The notes under the pieces were generated by a model. It worked only from the letters and a program-made list of their open reading frames with translations. It did not search any database and was not told where the DNA came from. The position numbers and the translations under genes were made by a program. A DNA stretch of 64,000 nt from assembly GCF_006345805.1 (NCBI RefSeq), contig NC_043013.1, forward strand, positions 58,156,001 to 58,220,000, written 5' to 3'. Of the stretch, positions 39,833 to 53,810 are shown in pieces; the first letter of the stretch is position 1, and every line of letters starts with the position of its first letter. This DNA is from Octopus sinensis. Lineage: Eukaryota.

Positions 39833-40429
39833 TGTGTGTTTGTGAGTGAGAATGTGTGGGTCTGTACGTATATATGAGTGTGTGTGTGTGAGAATAACAT
39901 AAGCGGGATTTAAAATTTGCTGTAGCTGTTACGGTAGCATTTTGTTGGTGCATACATAGATTTCATTAGAGCACAATTGCATCATCCTCAAGTAACATTT
40001 TAAGCACATATAAACAGGAAAACCAACACTTTTAAGATGACTTAATCACCAACCAACATGATGATGCCACACCTGAAACCATCACTGTGTCGGATCTACG
40101 ATTATGTGTAGTTTCTTCGTTGTATAAAACGTACCTGCTGTAAACTACCAGCAAACGGTTTCAATAAGTTGTAATTCAGTATAATGTTACCCAGCCATTA
40201 CTTGCCTCCTATTCATTGATGTGACTAGATTCTAATACATCCAGTAACTAATATATATATATATATATATATATATTATTTTTGATAATAATAATACAGT
40301 CTCCAATTTATGAAAAAAGTTAACTTATAATCACAACTATTTCATAAAGTTACCTAGGTGGTCGCTCTTCTCCGTAATTTACAGCCTTTGGAAGACGGAC
40401 ACTGTGCGCAAACCTGTTGTCTATAAGTA

Positions 40430-40660
40430 TATACCCGCGTTTGCGTGCGACTGTGTTGTATTTGTCTTTTACCACCGTTTGACAATTAGTATTTACTCTT
40501 TTAAGTAAGCAGTTCGGCAAAAAAAAAACGATAGCAAAAGAACAACAAATTAAAAAATAAGTCATGGCATAGATTTGTTTGACGATGCCTACCCAGAGAG
40601 GTGGCCCAGCATGGCCGCGGTCCATTGTCTGAAATAAATCAAAGATAATAGATATATGTT
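40430..40660 (+). mobile_element. Decayed SINE family B 3' half
   Basis: accaccgtttgacaat..ggtggcccagcatggccgcggtccattgtctgaaataaatcaaaga matches the family B tail. Confidence 0.55.
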
Positions 40661-41053
40661 TTTGAAGCATTTCATATAATTACAATATTTTCGCCTCTAG
40701 TCGTTGCTCTGGCAACCAGGCATTTATTTTCGTCTCTAACACTATGCCTTCCATACCTCGTCCTATATTTTAACAACCCATCAGTTCTATATTGTCATCT
40801 CTAATTTCGTTTATATTTCGTTTTCTAAGTTGTCAACTTATTGTCACGAATATCTTTGCACGCCAACCGTAATTTCCTTCTACTGATATTCGTCTTCTCT
40901 CTCATCAAGGAGTTTGTGTCATGTTTAATATTTGTTCCCTTCTTCAAACATAGTGAAATATTCCAGTAAATTATAATTAATGTCATCCATTTGTCATTTG
41001 CTTCATCTAGTTTATTCACATAGTTTCACCGCCATCGACGTCTTAAATGTGTC

Positions 41054-41137
<84 letters not shown>

Positions 41138-41235
41138 TGATAATGATAATAATAATAATAATAATAATGATAATAATGGTGATAATGATGGTGATGACGA
41201 TGAGAGGAAGAAGACTTATTATTATTATTATTATT

Positions 41236-41833
41236 GAGAGAGCAGTGCATGCCATCAAAGTGACACTGGGGTAAGATATACGAAGCCCAGTATACCCATC
41301 ATGACTACCTGTCTCATAAGGGTACACCAGGCACATGCATCACAACCATATGTGCGCGACATGATGATCTCATATCAAGATAAACAGCACATGACCTTGT
41401 AGGTGGGGCCCAGTTAGAATTTTCTTCTGGTTGGGTAACCCATCCTGCTCAAAAGGTTCCTGAGTAAGGGTTGTTTAAGGATGTTGAACGAAACACCCAT
41501 GTTTCCAGAGTTGAATTATTCAAACCCCAAAGAATCCCTCTCAACACATGGCTATGATGCACCCCCACTACTTCTGCTCGTGATCAGAGATGGACATATC
41601 ATCAGCCACTAAGGGACATGCTCAACTGTTTCAGGTCAAACAACTGACAATCAAATCTGTGGTATTGAGCAGAATAGTTGCTGTAGCCCATCCTTTATAC
41701 CAAGACAAAACAATGTACATGAGGACACTTCCAATCAATTAAGATGAGAAACAATGAGAGCCACTGCTTGGTACTGCATCAGGGCATTTACCTGGTACTG
41801 CATCAGGGCATCTGCCTGGTACTGCATCAGGGC

Positions 41834-41836
<3 letters not shown>
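41236..41836. mobile_element. ~600-bp non-coding interspersed element embedded in an (ATT)n tract
   Basis: (ATT)n on both sides; a 24-bp unit is repeated three times at 41766-41836. End fragments of the same family lie at 33788-33844 and 23037-23073, also beside (AAT)n. Confidence 0.7.
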
Positions 41837-41909
<73 letters not shown>

Positions 41910-41929
41910 GTTGTTGTTGTTATTATTGC

Positions 41930-42770
41930 AGACGTCGTACAGTATACGATATCGTGTGGTTGTTCATTGAATAAGTTGTCTCTACTGGGGGCCTTTACTG
42001 TTTGTCAAGTCACAACAAGGATCTCAGATAGACACTACGCAATATACGTGCAATTCCAAGTAATGCCGACTTTAGCAACACATATAGATTGTGGGGTATT
42101 TCTAAGGTTTTCAGTTGTATTTTTCAGATTGAGTGGTATCGAACCCGATGCACCGATGACAATAGGGATAACCCTTGTTTGACTCTCGTAGCTGTTACAT
42201 CTAAGCAAACTAAATTCTCGGGGTTCCATATTTATCAACTGTTACTCTTTCTTTCATGATGATGTGTTGATCTCCTGGCATTGCCACTTAAATTATTAGG
42301 CCCGCTTGTCTGTCCCGCCTAAAGGTTACTATATCAGGCCTTCGATGATCTAACACTTTGTCTGTCTGGGAATCAAAGTCCCAGAGTACCTTTTGCCTTC
42401 CCCTTTTCGTCCATTACCTTTTCCGGTGTATTTTGGTACCAAGCACCCGTAACCTCATGCCCATACGTATGGTATAGTAGCCAGTAGAGGTTTTGGACTA
42501 CTTTGTCGTTTCTACGCTTGTACTCTTTCTGCGCAAGACTTGCACAAACACTAACAATGTGAGTCACACTTTTTACCATTTTCCCACACATTCTGCAGAG
42601 GTACGTTGCACTTGTGTGGTATATATTCTTTTTCAGTGAGTTGGTGTTCAAGGCCTTATACTGGGGAGCGATGAAGTGTTGATCTTTCAGTATTCTGTTT
42701 TAGGTCACCCTTGTTGAGACACCCTCATTATGCTTCCTGACCTTTTAATTTGTTGGGTTCACGTTGGAAT
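41930..42770 (-). mobile_element. R4/Dong-like (RLE-class) LINE 3' end: CCHC zinc finger and restriction-like endonuclease region
   Basis: NTNSLKKNIY..LCRMCGKMVKSVTHIVSVCASLAQKEYKRRNDKV..TPEKV, then VIPIVIGASGSIP; the 3' end runs into (AAT)n. Confidence 0.88.
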
Positions 42771-44120
42771 TAACCATGTAATTCTATGCAGGGTAGGGTT
42801 TCTTCTCTCTCGATGGCTATTCTTGTTCGGAAACACATAATTGCTAAAAGTCAGAATCTTTTCATCGAAGAATGGTGAATATTACTCCTTGTCAAAACAC
42901 AACTACCATCATAACCACCACCATGAACATACCATTACAACCGCTGACACCACCAGCATGCCACTAGCATCACTACCACCACTATTATCAGTATCTGCAC
43001 CACTAGACCACCACGAAAACAACAGTTAATTTATTCGATATTTTGTTGAATATTTCATTTTTTATTTGAATGAATTACAAACTTATTAATTTCCAATCTG
43101 TTTCAATTAAATTAGTACCAAGCAACATTATCCAGCTTCACTTGAAACAATGATTTTCCTTTGAAGGAAATTTGGAAGGAACCAGCTCTTAGATTGCTCA
43201 ATTGTTCATTTGTGATTCTAGAAATAGGGTTACATTTTAGCGCCACTTTGAAACTTCCGATAGAGTTATACCCTTGGCTTCCAATTCAACATGGATATAT
43301 GACCTTTCATTGGCTTTGTCTGGAGCAACTTCTGTATTTAATCTGATAATTCCCGCCTTAAATAAATACACATACACCAGCATATCATCGCCTCATTTGT
43401 ATGTTAACGTTAATAAATCTGAATGTGTTAAACATTAGTTTATGATACGCCGTGCTGAAGAACAGACGTTTAGATAGACGTACAAGTGACTATGTGTAGA
43501 AGACGAGTATACCTATAAAATGGAGTAGGAAGGTCTGAACATCCTAGCTTCACGTGTATGTTAACATTCAGTATCTTTCATTTCACATATGAAGAGGTGG
43601 ACGGTGTGAAACCTGTATTGATCCGAAGTCCTGCTGTTTTGTGTTCTTAAATTTATTTAGGAGAAAGTTTGAACAATTCAAGACTAACATCTTCACAGAT
43701 ATATTGTACGTTTTTCTTGATTTACAGATAAACGTTTATATTGTTTGATCTATAGTGTCGGTGGTTATTTATTTTGGCCGAATTTGTTAGCGTTTTGCGC
43801 TTGAGGTCTTGTGAAATTTTTAAGGATGAAGAAGTTATTTTCCTACAGAGGGAGTAACAGGACGATTCTTTACGATACCCCACTGTGATCCCATATTTTA
43901 TTATTTTAAATATAATCCATTTGAAATAAAATCTCCGTTGGATCTGTCAACTTCAAAAGGTTGGGCTTGACCTGGCAGTCATCTGTTCATGCCACGTGTC
44001 TCCCCCTCTCCCTCTCTCTCTCTCTCTCTCTTGCAACAATCTGTGTGTGCATCTCTCCTCACACACATGTATGCATGTGTGTTTGTTTGTACATACATAC
44101 ATACATACATACACACACAC

Positions 44121-44154
<34 letters not shown>

Positions 44155-44156
<2 letters not shown>

Positions 44157-46402
44157 CCCCACGGAGCTCATCTCTAAATACCTCGACCGTGTCCTTGCCC
44201 CCCTAGTGGCAGCTCTTCCCTCCCACATCCACGATACCAACCATGCTCTCCGGCTTTTCAACTCTTTCTCCTTTCCTCCCGGCTCCTCCAAAATCCTTTT
44301 TACTTTGGACATCCAAAGCCTCTATACTGTTATCCCTCACCACGAAGGACTGCAGGCCCTTCGACACTTTCTTGACCTCCGCTCTAACCCTGTACCTGAC
44401 ACCTCCACACTCATTCGTCTGGCCGAACTTGTCCTTACTCTGAACTGCTTCTCGTTCACGGGCGAGTTCTACCATCAGGTCTCGGGAGTGGCCATGGGAA
44501 CGCGAATGGGCCCCAACTATGCGAACCTGTTCGTTGGCTATGTTGAGGCCCAAATATTCTCTAATTTCACTGGTCCCACTCCTGAACTATATGGTCGTTA
44601 CATTGACGACATTATCGGTGCCACCTCACTCTCCCGTGAACATCTAGATTCCTTCCTCTCTTTCGTCCAATCTTCCATCCAGCCCTCCACTCACTTCCAC
44701 TATCTCCAACACCTCTGTCTCCTTCCTCGACATTTCGGTTAGCATTCTTCACTCCACTCTTACCACCTCCATTTACTACAAACACACAGACTCACACTCA
44801 TACCTCAACTTCTCTTCCTCCCACCCAGAACACACCAAGCTTTCCATCCCCTATTCCCAATTCCTCCGTCTACGTAGGCTCTGTAGTGACGACCATGACT
44901 TTGAGACTCAGTCTCAACGTATGGCTCACCACTTCACCCTACGTGGATACCCCCTCACCACTATCCACACCGCCCTTGCCAGAGCACGGTCCGTGGACCG
45001 TGTATCTGCTCTCTCTCCCCGAACCCGCCCTGTAGTCTCCCGCCTCCCGTTTCCCCTCACTTACCACCCCACGACCCTTTTCCGTCATCTCCAGTCCGAC
45101 CCGTCCACTTCACACCTCTTCCCTAACCGACCCCTCCCCTCTTTCAAACGAGCACACAACCTTCGATACCTTTTGGTCCATAGCTCCTTCCCTGACCCTA
45201 CCTCCCAACCCCGCTCGTTCCCCTGCTCCCGCCCACGTTGCCGCACTTGCCCTTACCTCTCCAACACCACCCGCCTCACTAGCACCCACCATCGACCCTA
45301 TCCCATCATCCACTCCTTCACCTGCACCTCCAGCAATATTATCTATTGCGTCTCTTGCGCTCTCTGCAATTCCTTGTACATCGGACAAACGGGACGCCGC
45401 TTGGCTGACCGGTTCGCGGAACACCTTCGTGACATCCACCTTGCGAACGACACACCAGTCTCACGCCATTTCCGCTCCACCGGTCACTCCTTGCAACACC
45501 TATCTGTGTTCGGTTTGTCCTTACACAGAGGCCATCCGGATTCCCGTTTGCGCCGTGAACAGGAATTAATCTTCTCTCTTCGCTCTTATACGCCATTTGG
45601 TCTCAACTCTCCCCCCCTCCTCATCTAACCCCCTCTCTCCCCTCCTCACCTATCCTTCCCCCCGACCCCTACTTCTTCAGTCCTTCATCCTTTCACTCCT
45701 ACTCCCCTTCCCTTCTTCCCTCATTCTCCCTCCCTCCTTCCCTCTTCCCTCTGCTCCCTCACTCCCCTTCTCTCTCCCCTCCCCCTCTTTCCCCCTCCTC
45801 CTCCCCTCCCTTCTCCCCTCCTCTCCTCTTCCCCCTCCCCCCTCTTCTTCCCTCCCCTCCCCTCTCCCCCTTCTCCCCCTCTTCTCCTCACTACTCCACA
45901 CGACTTACACATCACTCATATTTGAGGTGCCATACTAATACATACACCAACCCTATACATACACACGTCCAGACCCCTCATACGCACTTATACTCTCTCA
46001 TACACACACACACACACACTTATACATACTAATACGTACTAATACATACTAATACATACTAATACATACGCCTGTCCAGACCTATCCTAGGGTCACTCAA
46101 CCCTATTATCAACCCTATTATCTCCCCTTATTTCGCTCTCGCGTCTCATGTTTGATCTTTGACCTCTGGCCGAAATCAGATCGCCATGTTGGTTCGTTAG
46201 TTACTGCACGCATTTTTTTTCTCTCCTTCTTTCTGTGTTTTTTTTCTCTCTGTGTATCTTTCTGCTGAAGAGCGTAGGCTCGAAACGTTAAAGACTTGTT
46301 TTATTTATATTTCCTGAGCGCCATACTAATACAATTGTTTGTCTGTTTTCCACCTGCCTTCGTCTTTTGTCTATTTTCATAAAGCTTCCCGTTATATATA
46401 TA
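44155..46402 (+). mobile_element. Penelope-like retroelement (Neptune-like), 5'-truncated: RT, Cys-rich linker, GIY-YIG endonuclease and pseudo-LTR
   Basis: LDIQSLYTVIPH, GVAMGTRMGPNYANLFVG, RYIDD; frameshifts near 44680-44700; YYKHTDSHSYL, CSRPRCRTCP, IYCVSCALCNSLYIGQTGRRLADRFAEH, REQELI..GLN; CT-rich 3' region. Confidence 0.95.
46257..46294 (+). ncRNA. Hammerhead-like motif with non-canonical core in the PLE pseudo-LTR
   Basis: TCTTT CTGCTGA a GAGC-GTAG-GCTC GAAA CGTT AAAGA: stems I and II intact, core position 6 is C. Confidence 0.5.
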
Positions 46403-47059
46403 TATACATATCATTTGTTTATCGCAGAGATGATTTTATACATTGGCATTTTTTTGTCTAACAGTTTGTTCAACATAATGTTCTATTGATAGAAGGCATA
46501 TTGTCCGAAATGTAGATTACTTTGTTTTTCTCGTCTTAGAAAGAAAAAAAAGATCTTCAGAGCAATACTATCTTTAAATAAACATTTCCCATTCACAATA
46601 TTAGTTATAAATACCATCATATTGGAAATTAAAAACGTGAAGAATGCCTATATACACGAAATGTCAACTGCTCAACTGGATTCCAGTCTGTAAAACTCAC
46701 AGTACATTATTAAATCATATTTAAATTTAGCGTAACATATTTCAGTTCTCTGTGGAAACAGAGACGGTTTGTTAACAAGTATCAAATACTTGCAAACAAT
46801 CCTCTTGGCTTTGCCATTATGGCTGATGGCAGTGTTGCTGCCGTTGCTTGTATTTCGTATCGTTGCCGATATTTCTGCCTTTCAATTTCAATTTACTTTG
46901 TTTCATAATGTTAATATGAATGACTCGATTTCGCGGAATGTATTCCTGTGGAGGGCATTTTTGACTCCCATGCTACTTCCAGTGGTGAATCCTCTTGTGA
47001 TATTTGCTGATATAACCCGGACAATTGTTGCTGAAGTTGTGGTTGGTGTTGTTGATGCT

Positions 47060-47255
47060 GTTTGGCAGAAGCATTACCATGCTGGGCAAAATTCTTAGCG
47101 GCATTTCTTCCGTCTTTTCGTTCTATCTTCAAATTCCGCCGAGATCCATTTTGTCTTTCATCATTTCGGAGTCGATAAATTTAGTGCCAGTGTCGATGTG
47201 TCCCCACCGCTCAAATTTCAGACCTTCCTTGTGTCTACAGTAGTGGAAGGGCTTA
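47060..47255 (+). mobile_element. SINE family A, diverged
   Basis: ggcagaagcatta..ttcaaattccgccgag..ctttcatcatttcggagtcgataaa..aaatttcagacc..ctacagtagtggaaggg(att)n. Confidence 0.75.
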
Positions 47256-47379
47256 TTATTATTATTATTATTAGTCCTTTCTTCAAATTTTCTTCCGTTT
47301 CTCGCCGAATGTTTTCCGTACACCTAGGGCAGAGAAGATCATTGTATGGATTCCCAGATTACACACGCAACTTCACAGG

Positions 47380-47411
<32 letters not shown>

Positions 47412-48157
47412 ATTAATTATATTATTATCATTATTATTAATGTTGTTGTTGTCCCTGTTGCTGTTTTGATATTGTTTTTATCTCAGAAATCAATCAGTTA
47501 TACTGGCAGCAAGTTATTTGCAACAACAACAACAAAAAGAAAGTAATGACACGTGTGTAGTTTCAATAGGTGAGTGCCAAACGGTGGTATTCCAAGATTT
47601 AAAACTGCAATAATTTGAAATGAAGGAAGTCATACATCTGATCCACTGGCACCATCACATCTTCTTTTCACAAAACTTTTATTGGCAACCATATTCTCTA
47701 ATTGACTTCCTGCAAAAAATTCTTGTAGAACATTCTAACTTGATGTATACTGACAAAGGAAATAGATATGAGGAAGGTGACGAAGACGAAGTAAATGAAG
47801 AAGGTGGAGAAGAAGATGGGGAAATGAAGCCCCATCCTTTCTTAATAAAATTAGGTTTGAACGGTTTGGAGATATTAGAACATGATTTTCTATTCGAAAA
47901 GAAAGTGGTTTGCTCAATAAATCTTGATTCTCAATTCTAGAAATAGGGGGAGTGGTTTCTCACACACGCAGAGCACACACAAATATATACACAAATATAT
48001 AAAATCGCATTTATGTCTTGTGTTGGATATAGTGTACCTATCCATTTATCTATGTATGTATGTATCTATATATCTCTAACAAATTGCTCAATCTCACTCT
48101 GTGTGCATATGTATGCGTGTGTATATATATGTATGTGTGTGTGTATATGTATGTATA

Positions 48158-48590
48158 CGAGGGGGTAACCAAAACGTGCTTCTGTTGGGAAAAACGGAGA
48201 CCCAAACAGTTGCCATGCTTCAAACAGCTTTCAAGGATGCTGCCATGGGCAAAACATATACTTACGAGTGGTTTCTACGCTATAGGAATGGCTACATGTT
48301 GTTTGAAGACGAACATCGTTCGGGACGACCGATGACCCCGCCTCCCTCCCTAGCGAATGAAAAGTCATTAACTGATCTTGGAGGACCGTCACGGAACAAT
48401 TGATGAACATGATATGACTGTCTGTCCTGGGGATCCTACTAACGAATTTTTGAGCGATGAATTGTAAAGGAAAAGAGTTGCAGCAAAATTTGTAAAAAGC
48501 ATCACTTCGCAGGAGTTCCAGCACTGCTTCGAATAGTAGAAAATGCGTCCTTTTATATTATGCAGTATTATATTTATGGGAATATTTCTA
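48158..48590 (+). mobile_element. Internally deleted mariner transposon remnant
   Basis: TA-CGAGGGGG end; LLGKTETQTVAMLQTAFKDAAMGKT..YEWF.R..NG..FEDEHRSGRP (mariner HTH); C-terminal EFQHCFE-like remnant. Confidence 0.85.
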
Positions 48591-48664
48591 TAGAGAGTTT
48601 TAAAGATGTTTTCAGTTGTCATTGTATGTACGAAATATTAGGTTGTTATAAGAACATATATATG

Positions 48665-48748
<84 letters not shown>

Positions 48749-48749
48749 T

Positions 48750-48815
48750 GAAGGTACATGGCTTTGTGGTTCGGATGTTGCACTCAGGATTGTGAGATCG
48801 TGTGTTCGATTCCCA
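48750..48815 (+). mobile_element. tRNA-derived SINE head (third family, decayed)
   Basis: A-box-like TGGCTTTGTGG and B-box-like GTTCGATTCCC; no acceptor stem, so not a tRNA gene. Confidence 0.5.
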
Positions 48816-50191
48816 GACCCAGCATTGCTTCAAATGGAGAATACTCTGAAGGCGATATAAGTGTAAACATGTAAAGCTGAGTAAAATGATATTGGAAAAT
48901 TCCGGTTTTCTCTGCCTACGCCCTCGTGTTTGTGTGTGTGTATATATATATATATAGGAGTTGTATGCTGTCAACTTAATGTGACAGTCCCATGAAGGGA
49001 ATCACACCACCGCTATTTAGCCCTAGGAAGCATCAACACTTCCTGTCGGCCTTGACACATGTCCTGTGTCGTTATGTTTATAAAGGGGGAGACAAGCAGG
49101 TTCAGTTATAAAGACTTTAAATGTCCAAAATAGATTACACACTTGAAAGAAACAAAAAAATTCAAAAACTCACGCGCATAAAAAGAAATCACGCCCGTTC
49201 GGCAAGAAACAGCCGAATTCTCATACGTTGTCTATCGACGGAAGAGTTCCTTATATATACATACACACATATATACATGTGTATGTATGTACTTATGCAT
49301 GTATTATATATATGTGTGTGTATGTACGTATACATGTATGTATGTATATATGTATGTATTATGTATGTAACTATGTACATATGCACCCATTTTTGTCCAC
49401 GTATGGTATGTAAATTTGAAGTATAAGATATGGATTCAGGAATCGTGTGACAATTTCCTCTTGCGGTTTCGGCTATCAGACCACATACCGATCGAATGTG
49501 TAATATAGGGTTTCCAAGCAGCTGTCATCCAGAAGATACACTCAATGAAATGATTTCCTGAGAAGTAAATAAACCATAAAATGTGAGAAGGTGGTAATTA
49601 CACTTACATATTAGCATTATATGCATGTCCCACATTATACGATACAATTGTATATTCACACACCAATGGAAAGTATGAAAGTTAGCGCATCAGATCGCCA
49701 GAACGTAAAACTCGATTTACACTCCGGGAATTTTTTTTTCAATATTAAGGATGGTTGACTCATTGAACTTTTATCTTGCACCTTAATTGATAGGAAAAAT
49801 CATATCTTTATTTTTGCTGGCCAAACATAGCTAATTTCGGGCTTCCATACAAACTATAGATAAAAAAGAAAAGAAATTGTACATTTACTTAGAGTTGAAT
49901 CATTGTTATAAACATGATGCTCTCGGGATATGATAAAATAGCTTTCTGCCCTGATATGCACATATACAACCCAATTGCAGAATGCATATCAATGCAAACG
50001 TGTAAACATAATTTTGTTCCTTACTGAAACCATTGTTACATAAAAATGACTGGGAAACGGTTGTAACCCAAAGGATATTAAGTGGTTAAATCAATATATT
50101 CAATCGTCATATTCCTTCACGTTTCATAGTTTATACATACATACATACATACATACATAATCATACATACATACATACATACATACATATA

Positions 50192-50230
<39 letters not shown>

Positions 50231-50423
50231 CTTGATGTTGGGTTCGTCAAGTACTAAAGGTTGTCGCGGTTATGTAGGATTCAATCCAGGTGACAACGTA
50301 GGTGAGTTGGGTACAGAAATTCAGGGTGAGTACTTGATAATGGTAAGCACCTGTATATACCGTTTGGTGGTGTAGGTGGTGTGAGTAAATTAATCAAAAT
50401 AAAAACACGATGCCAAGGATTCA

Positions 50424-50501
50424 GCGGTTACATATGTTTCGGGCCTAATTAGACGGGTTTATAACAACATGCATAATGTGTGTCTGGCCTTCTTCAGCCG
50501 C
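50424..50501 (-). ncRNA. Hammerhead motif, left inverted arm
   Basis: GCGG CTGAAGA a GGCC..GGCC c GAAA CATATG TA a CCGC: palindromic stem III ACATATGT, one extra A before stem I. Confidence 0.55.
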
Positions 50502-53500
50502 GCACAATTACTACCTCAAGGACATGTATTACATCAAAAATTCTACGTTGGGGATGCAAATCCTCTCATTCGCATACGACATAATGCGGCAACAGCACAA
50601 AAATGAAGCGTCCAACTCGTCCTTCTCTCAATGTAGAATGAGGAAGTTTGGATGTTGAGGTAATATAAATAAGTGAATAAATAAAAATATACATATATAA
50701 ATACAAACAGACGTGAAGGAACCTGGTAATAAGAGTAAATAGGGATAAAGATGGAGGGGCGAGAATTCAGGACGAAGGATAAAAAAATATAAAAATGTGA
50801 AAGATAAGAATATAAGTATAGAAATATAAAAATATAGAGTATAAAGATATAAAGAATATAAAAAAGTTTAAATGAATATAAAGATATAAAGTTATAAAAA
50901 ATATTTTTAAAATTATCATAAATATAAAGGATATAAGAATATAAGGATAAGGGATATAAAGTTGTTACGGACCAACATGGTGGTCAGGAAAATGACAAAT
51001 TCTGGTCGTAGAAGCCGTGGGTGTCATAAATCAACCGGGGCGTCTGGGGACCTAGTGTATTGTAAATTAGAGTTGTCTGGTTAAACTGCCTATCTAGTTC
51101 CTCGTAACGTGTCAAGTGGTCAGCATGTACATACGTACACGCATGGATACATACACACATATACACGCGTACATATACGCACGCATACGCAACCACACGC
51201 ATACAAGCATACATACGTACTCTCGTGTAAACATTTACAGATATATATGGAAAAAGGCGCATGTAGTTGGGTACACGAACCGACGCGCATACGTACGTAT
51301 ATACATACACGCACATGCGTTCATATAGGCACACTCGCACTTACACGCATGCACAAGACGAAGTGAATCTCTATGCGTATGGGCAAAAATATGTCGGGCT
51401 AAAAACGTAATCTATTCATGTGAGATGAGTACCCAGTTTAACACACTCACCTACATAGGTTGCTCGACCTCCTGGAAATCCAGATACTACAACCACCGGC
51501 CTTCTTTTAAGCATAGACATAAAGCTAGCAGCACCTCCCTATCTAAGAAAATTTGGGAATTAAAAGACAATAGCATAGGTTTCAAACTCAGGTGGTCCAT
51601 CATCGGATCAGCAGCACCTTATTTAAATAATAGAGCAGGATGCCGGCTATGCTGTGTAGAACTCCTGAATATCTTGAAATTCAAGGAGAAACACAATCTA
51701 ATTAACAAAAGGTCAGAGTTGAAGCCATCTTGTATACACAAACTTATCAATACTTTTAAATACTACAAAGCTTAGGCTATTATACCAACTCCCCCAAGCA
51801 ATTTCCTCCCATCCAAGTGCAACTTGTCGGCTCCAGCGCATCGCGATTTTTTTTCCTATATATATATTTATTTTCTTTCGTATATATACATTTTTGTCTC
51901 CCATATATTTTTTTCCTATATATTTCTTTTCCTACACCTACCTTCTTCCTATCTAGATATCTTGTTTCCCTATATATATACCTTTTTCCATTTCTAGCTC
52001 TGATGTTGAGCGCACACCACCAACCCCCCGCTCCCACCCTTCCAATTTTCAGTTCCTCTCCCCGCCCTACGTGGTCACCTTAACACACACCTATAACTTA
52101 ACATTTTCAACCACCTTTTATTTTTACCTTCATTTCATGTTAACCTTTACCCGATTACCTTTTTATTTTATTTTATTTTATTTTATTTTTATTTTTTATT
52201 TTTTATTTTTTACTTTTTATTTCTAATTCTTATTTTTACCCTTATTCTTACTTCTATTTTTACCTCTATTTTTACCCCTAATTTATCTCTTTTTATCTCT
52301 ATATATGTCTATTTTTAGCTCTTTTTTCCTTATTTGCTTATCTATGTATCCGCTTTATGCTTATACGAGTGTCTGTGTATGTATATATGTGTATGCGTAT
52401 GAATAAGTATCTGTGTATATGGGTACCCCCTTTTTTAATACTTTTTTAATAATTTTTTTACATGCTTTTGTATATTTTTTATATATTTTTTAATATATTT
52501 TTTTATACATCTTTTAATATTTTTATATATATCTATACCTATATGTGTGTGTTTCTGTGTATGTAAGTGTATGTGTGCACGCACATATAGACACACAGAT
52601 GTGTGTGTGTGTGTATATATATGTATATGTATATTGTCCGTGTATATATATGTATATTCTGTTATAATTTCTTGGCCGCAAGTTTCTTACGTTCATGTCT
52701 ACCTTCTGTATCCACTATAATTCCGTATCTTGCCCGTGTGCGAGAATGGATCTATTTGTTATACCTGTGTCTGTGCATATGCATACTTTTGTGTATATGC
52801 ATAGGGATCTACTCCCCCATGTGCGTGGGTGTGGGCGTGAGTGTAGGTGTATGCATATTTTTGCCCATAGGCATAGAGATTCACTTCGTCTTGTGCATGC
52901 GTGTAAGTGCGAGTGTGCCTATATGAACGCATGTGCGTGTATGTATATACGTACGTATGCGCGTCGGTTCGTGTACCCAACTACATGCGCCTTTTTCCAT
53001 ATATATCTGTATATGTTTACACGAGAGTACGTATGTATGCTTGTATGCGTGTGGTTGCGTATGCGTGCGTATATGTACGCGTGTATATGTGTGTATGTAT
53101 CCATGCGTGTACGTATGTACATGCTGACCACTTGTTACGAGGAACTAGATAGGCAGTTTAACCAGGCAACTCTAATTTAAAATACACTATGACTCCCACG
53201 GCTTATACGACCAGAATTTGTCATTTTCCTGACCACAATGTTGGTCCGAAACAACTTTATATCCCTTATCCTTATATTCTTTTACATTTCTATATTCTTA
53301 TATCCTTTATATTTATGATAATTTTTTTAATATTTTTTATAACTTTATATCTTTATATTCATTTATACTTTTTTATATCTCTTTATATCTTTATACTCTA
53401 TATTTATATATTTCTATACTTATATTCTTATCTTTCACATTTTTATATTTTTTATCCTTCGTCCTGAATTCTCGCCCCTCCATCTTTATCCCTATTTACT

Positions 53501-53732
53501 CTTATTACCAGGTTCCTTCACGTCTGTCTGTATTTATATATGTATATATTCATTTATTCATTTATTTATATTACCTCAACATCCAAACTTCCTCATTCTA
53601 CATTGAGAGAAGGACGAGTTGGACGCTTCATTTTTGTGCTGTTGCCGCATTATGTCGTACGCGAATGAGAGGATTTGCATCCCCAACGTAGAATTTTTGA
53701 TGTAATACATGTCCTTGAGGTAGTAATTGTGC

Positions 53733-53810
53733 GCGGCTGAAGAAGGCCATAGACACACATTATGCATTGTTATAAACCCGTCTAATTTAGGCCCGAAAAA
53801 TATGTACCGC
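53733..53810 (+). ncRNA. Hammerhead motif, right arm
   Basis: GCGG CTGAAGA a GGCC..GGCC c GAAA AATATG TA CCGC: stem I perfect, stem III palindrome broken by C>A. Confidence 0.55.

Noticed and set aside
47620-47940. 106-aa ORF with an acidic stretch
   Set aside because: Explained by GAA/GAT-rich low-complexity sequence; no domain.
48750-48815. tRNA gene candidate
   Set aside because: A and B boxes are present but there is no complete cloverleaf; treated as a SINE head.
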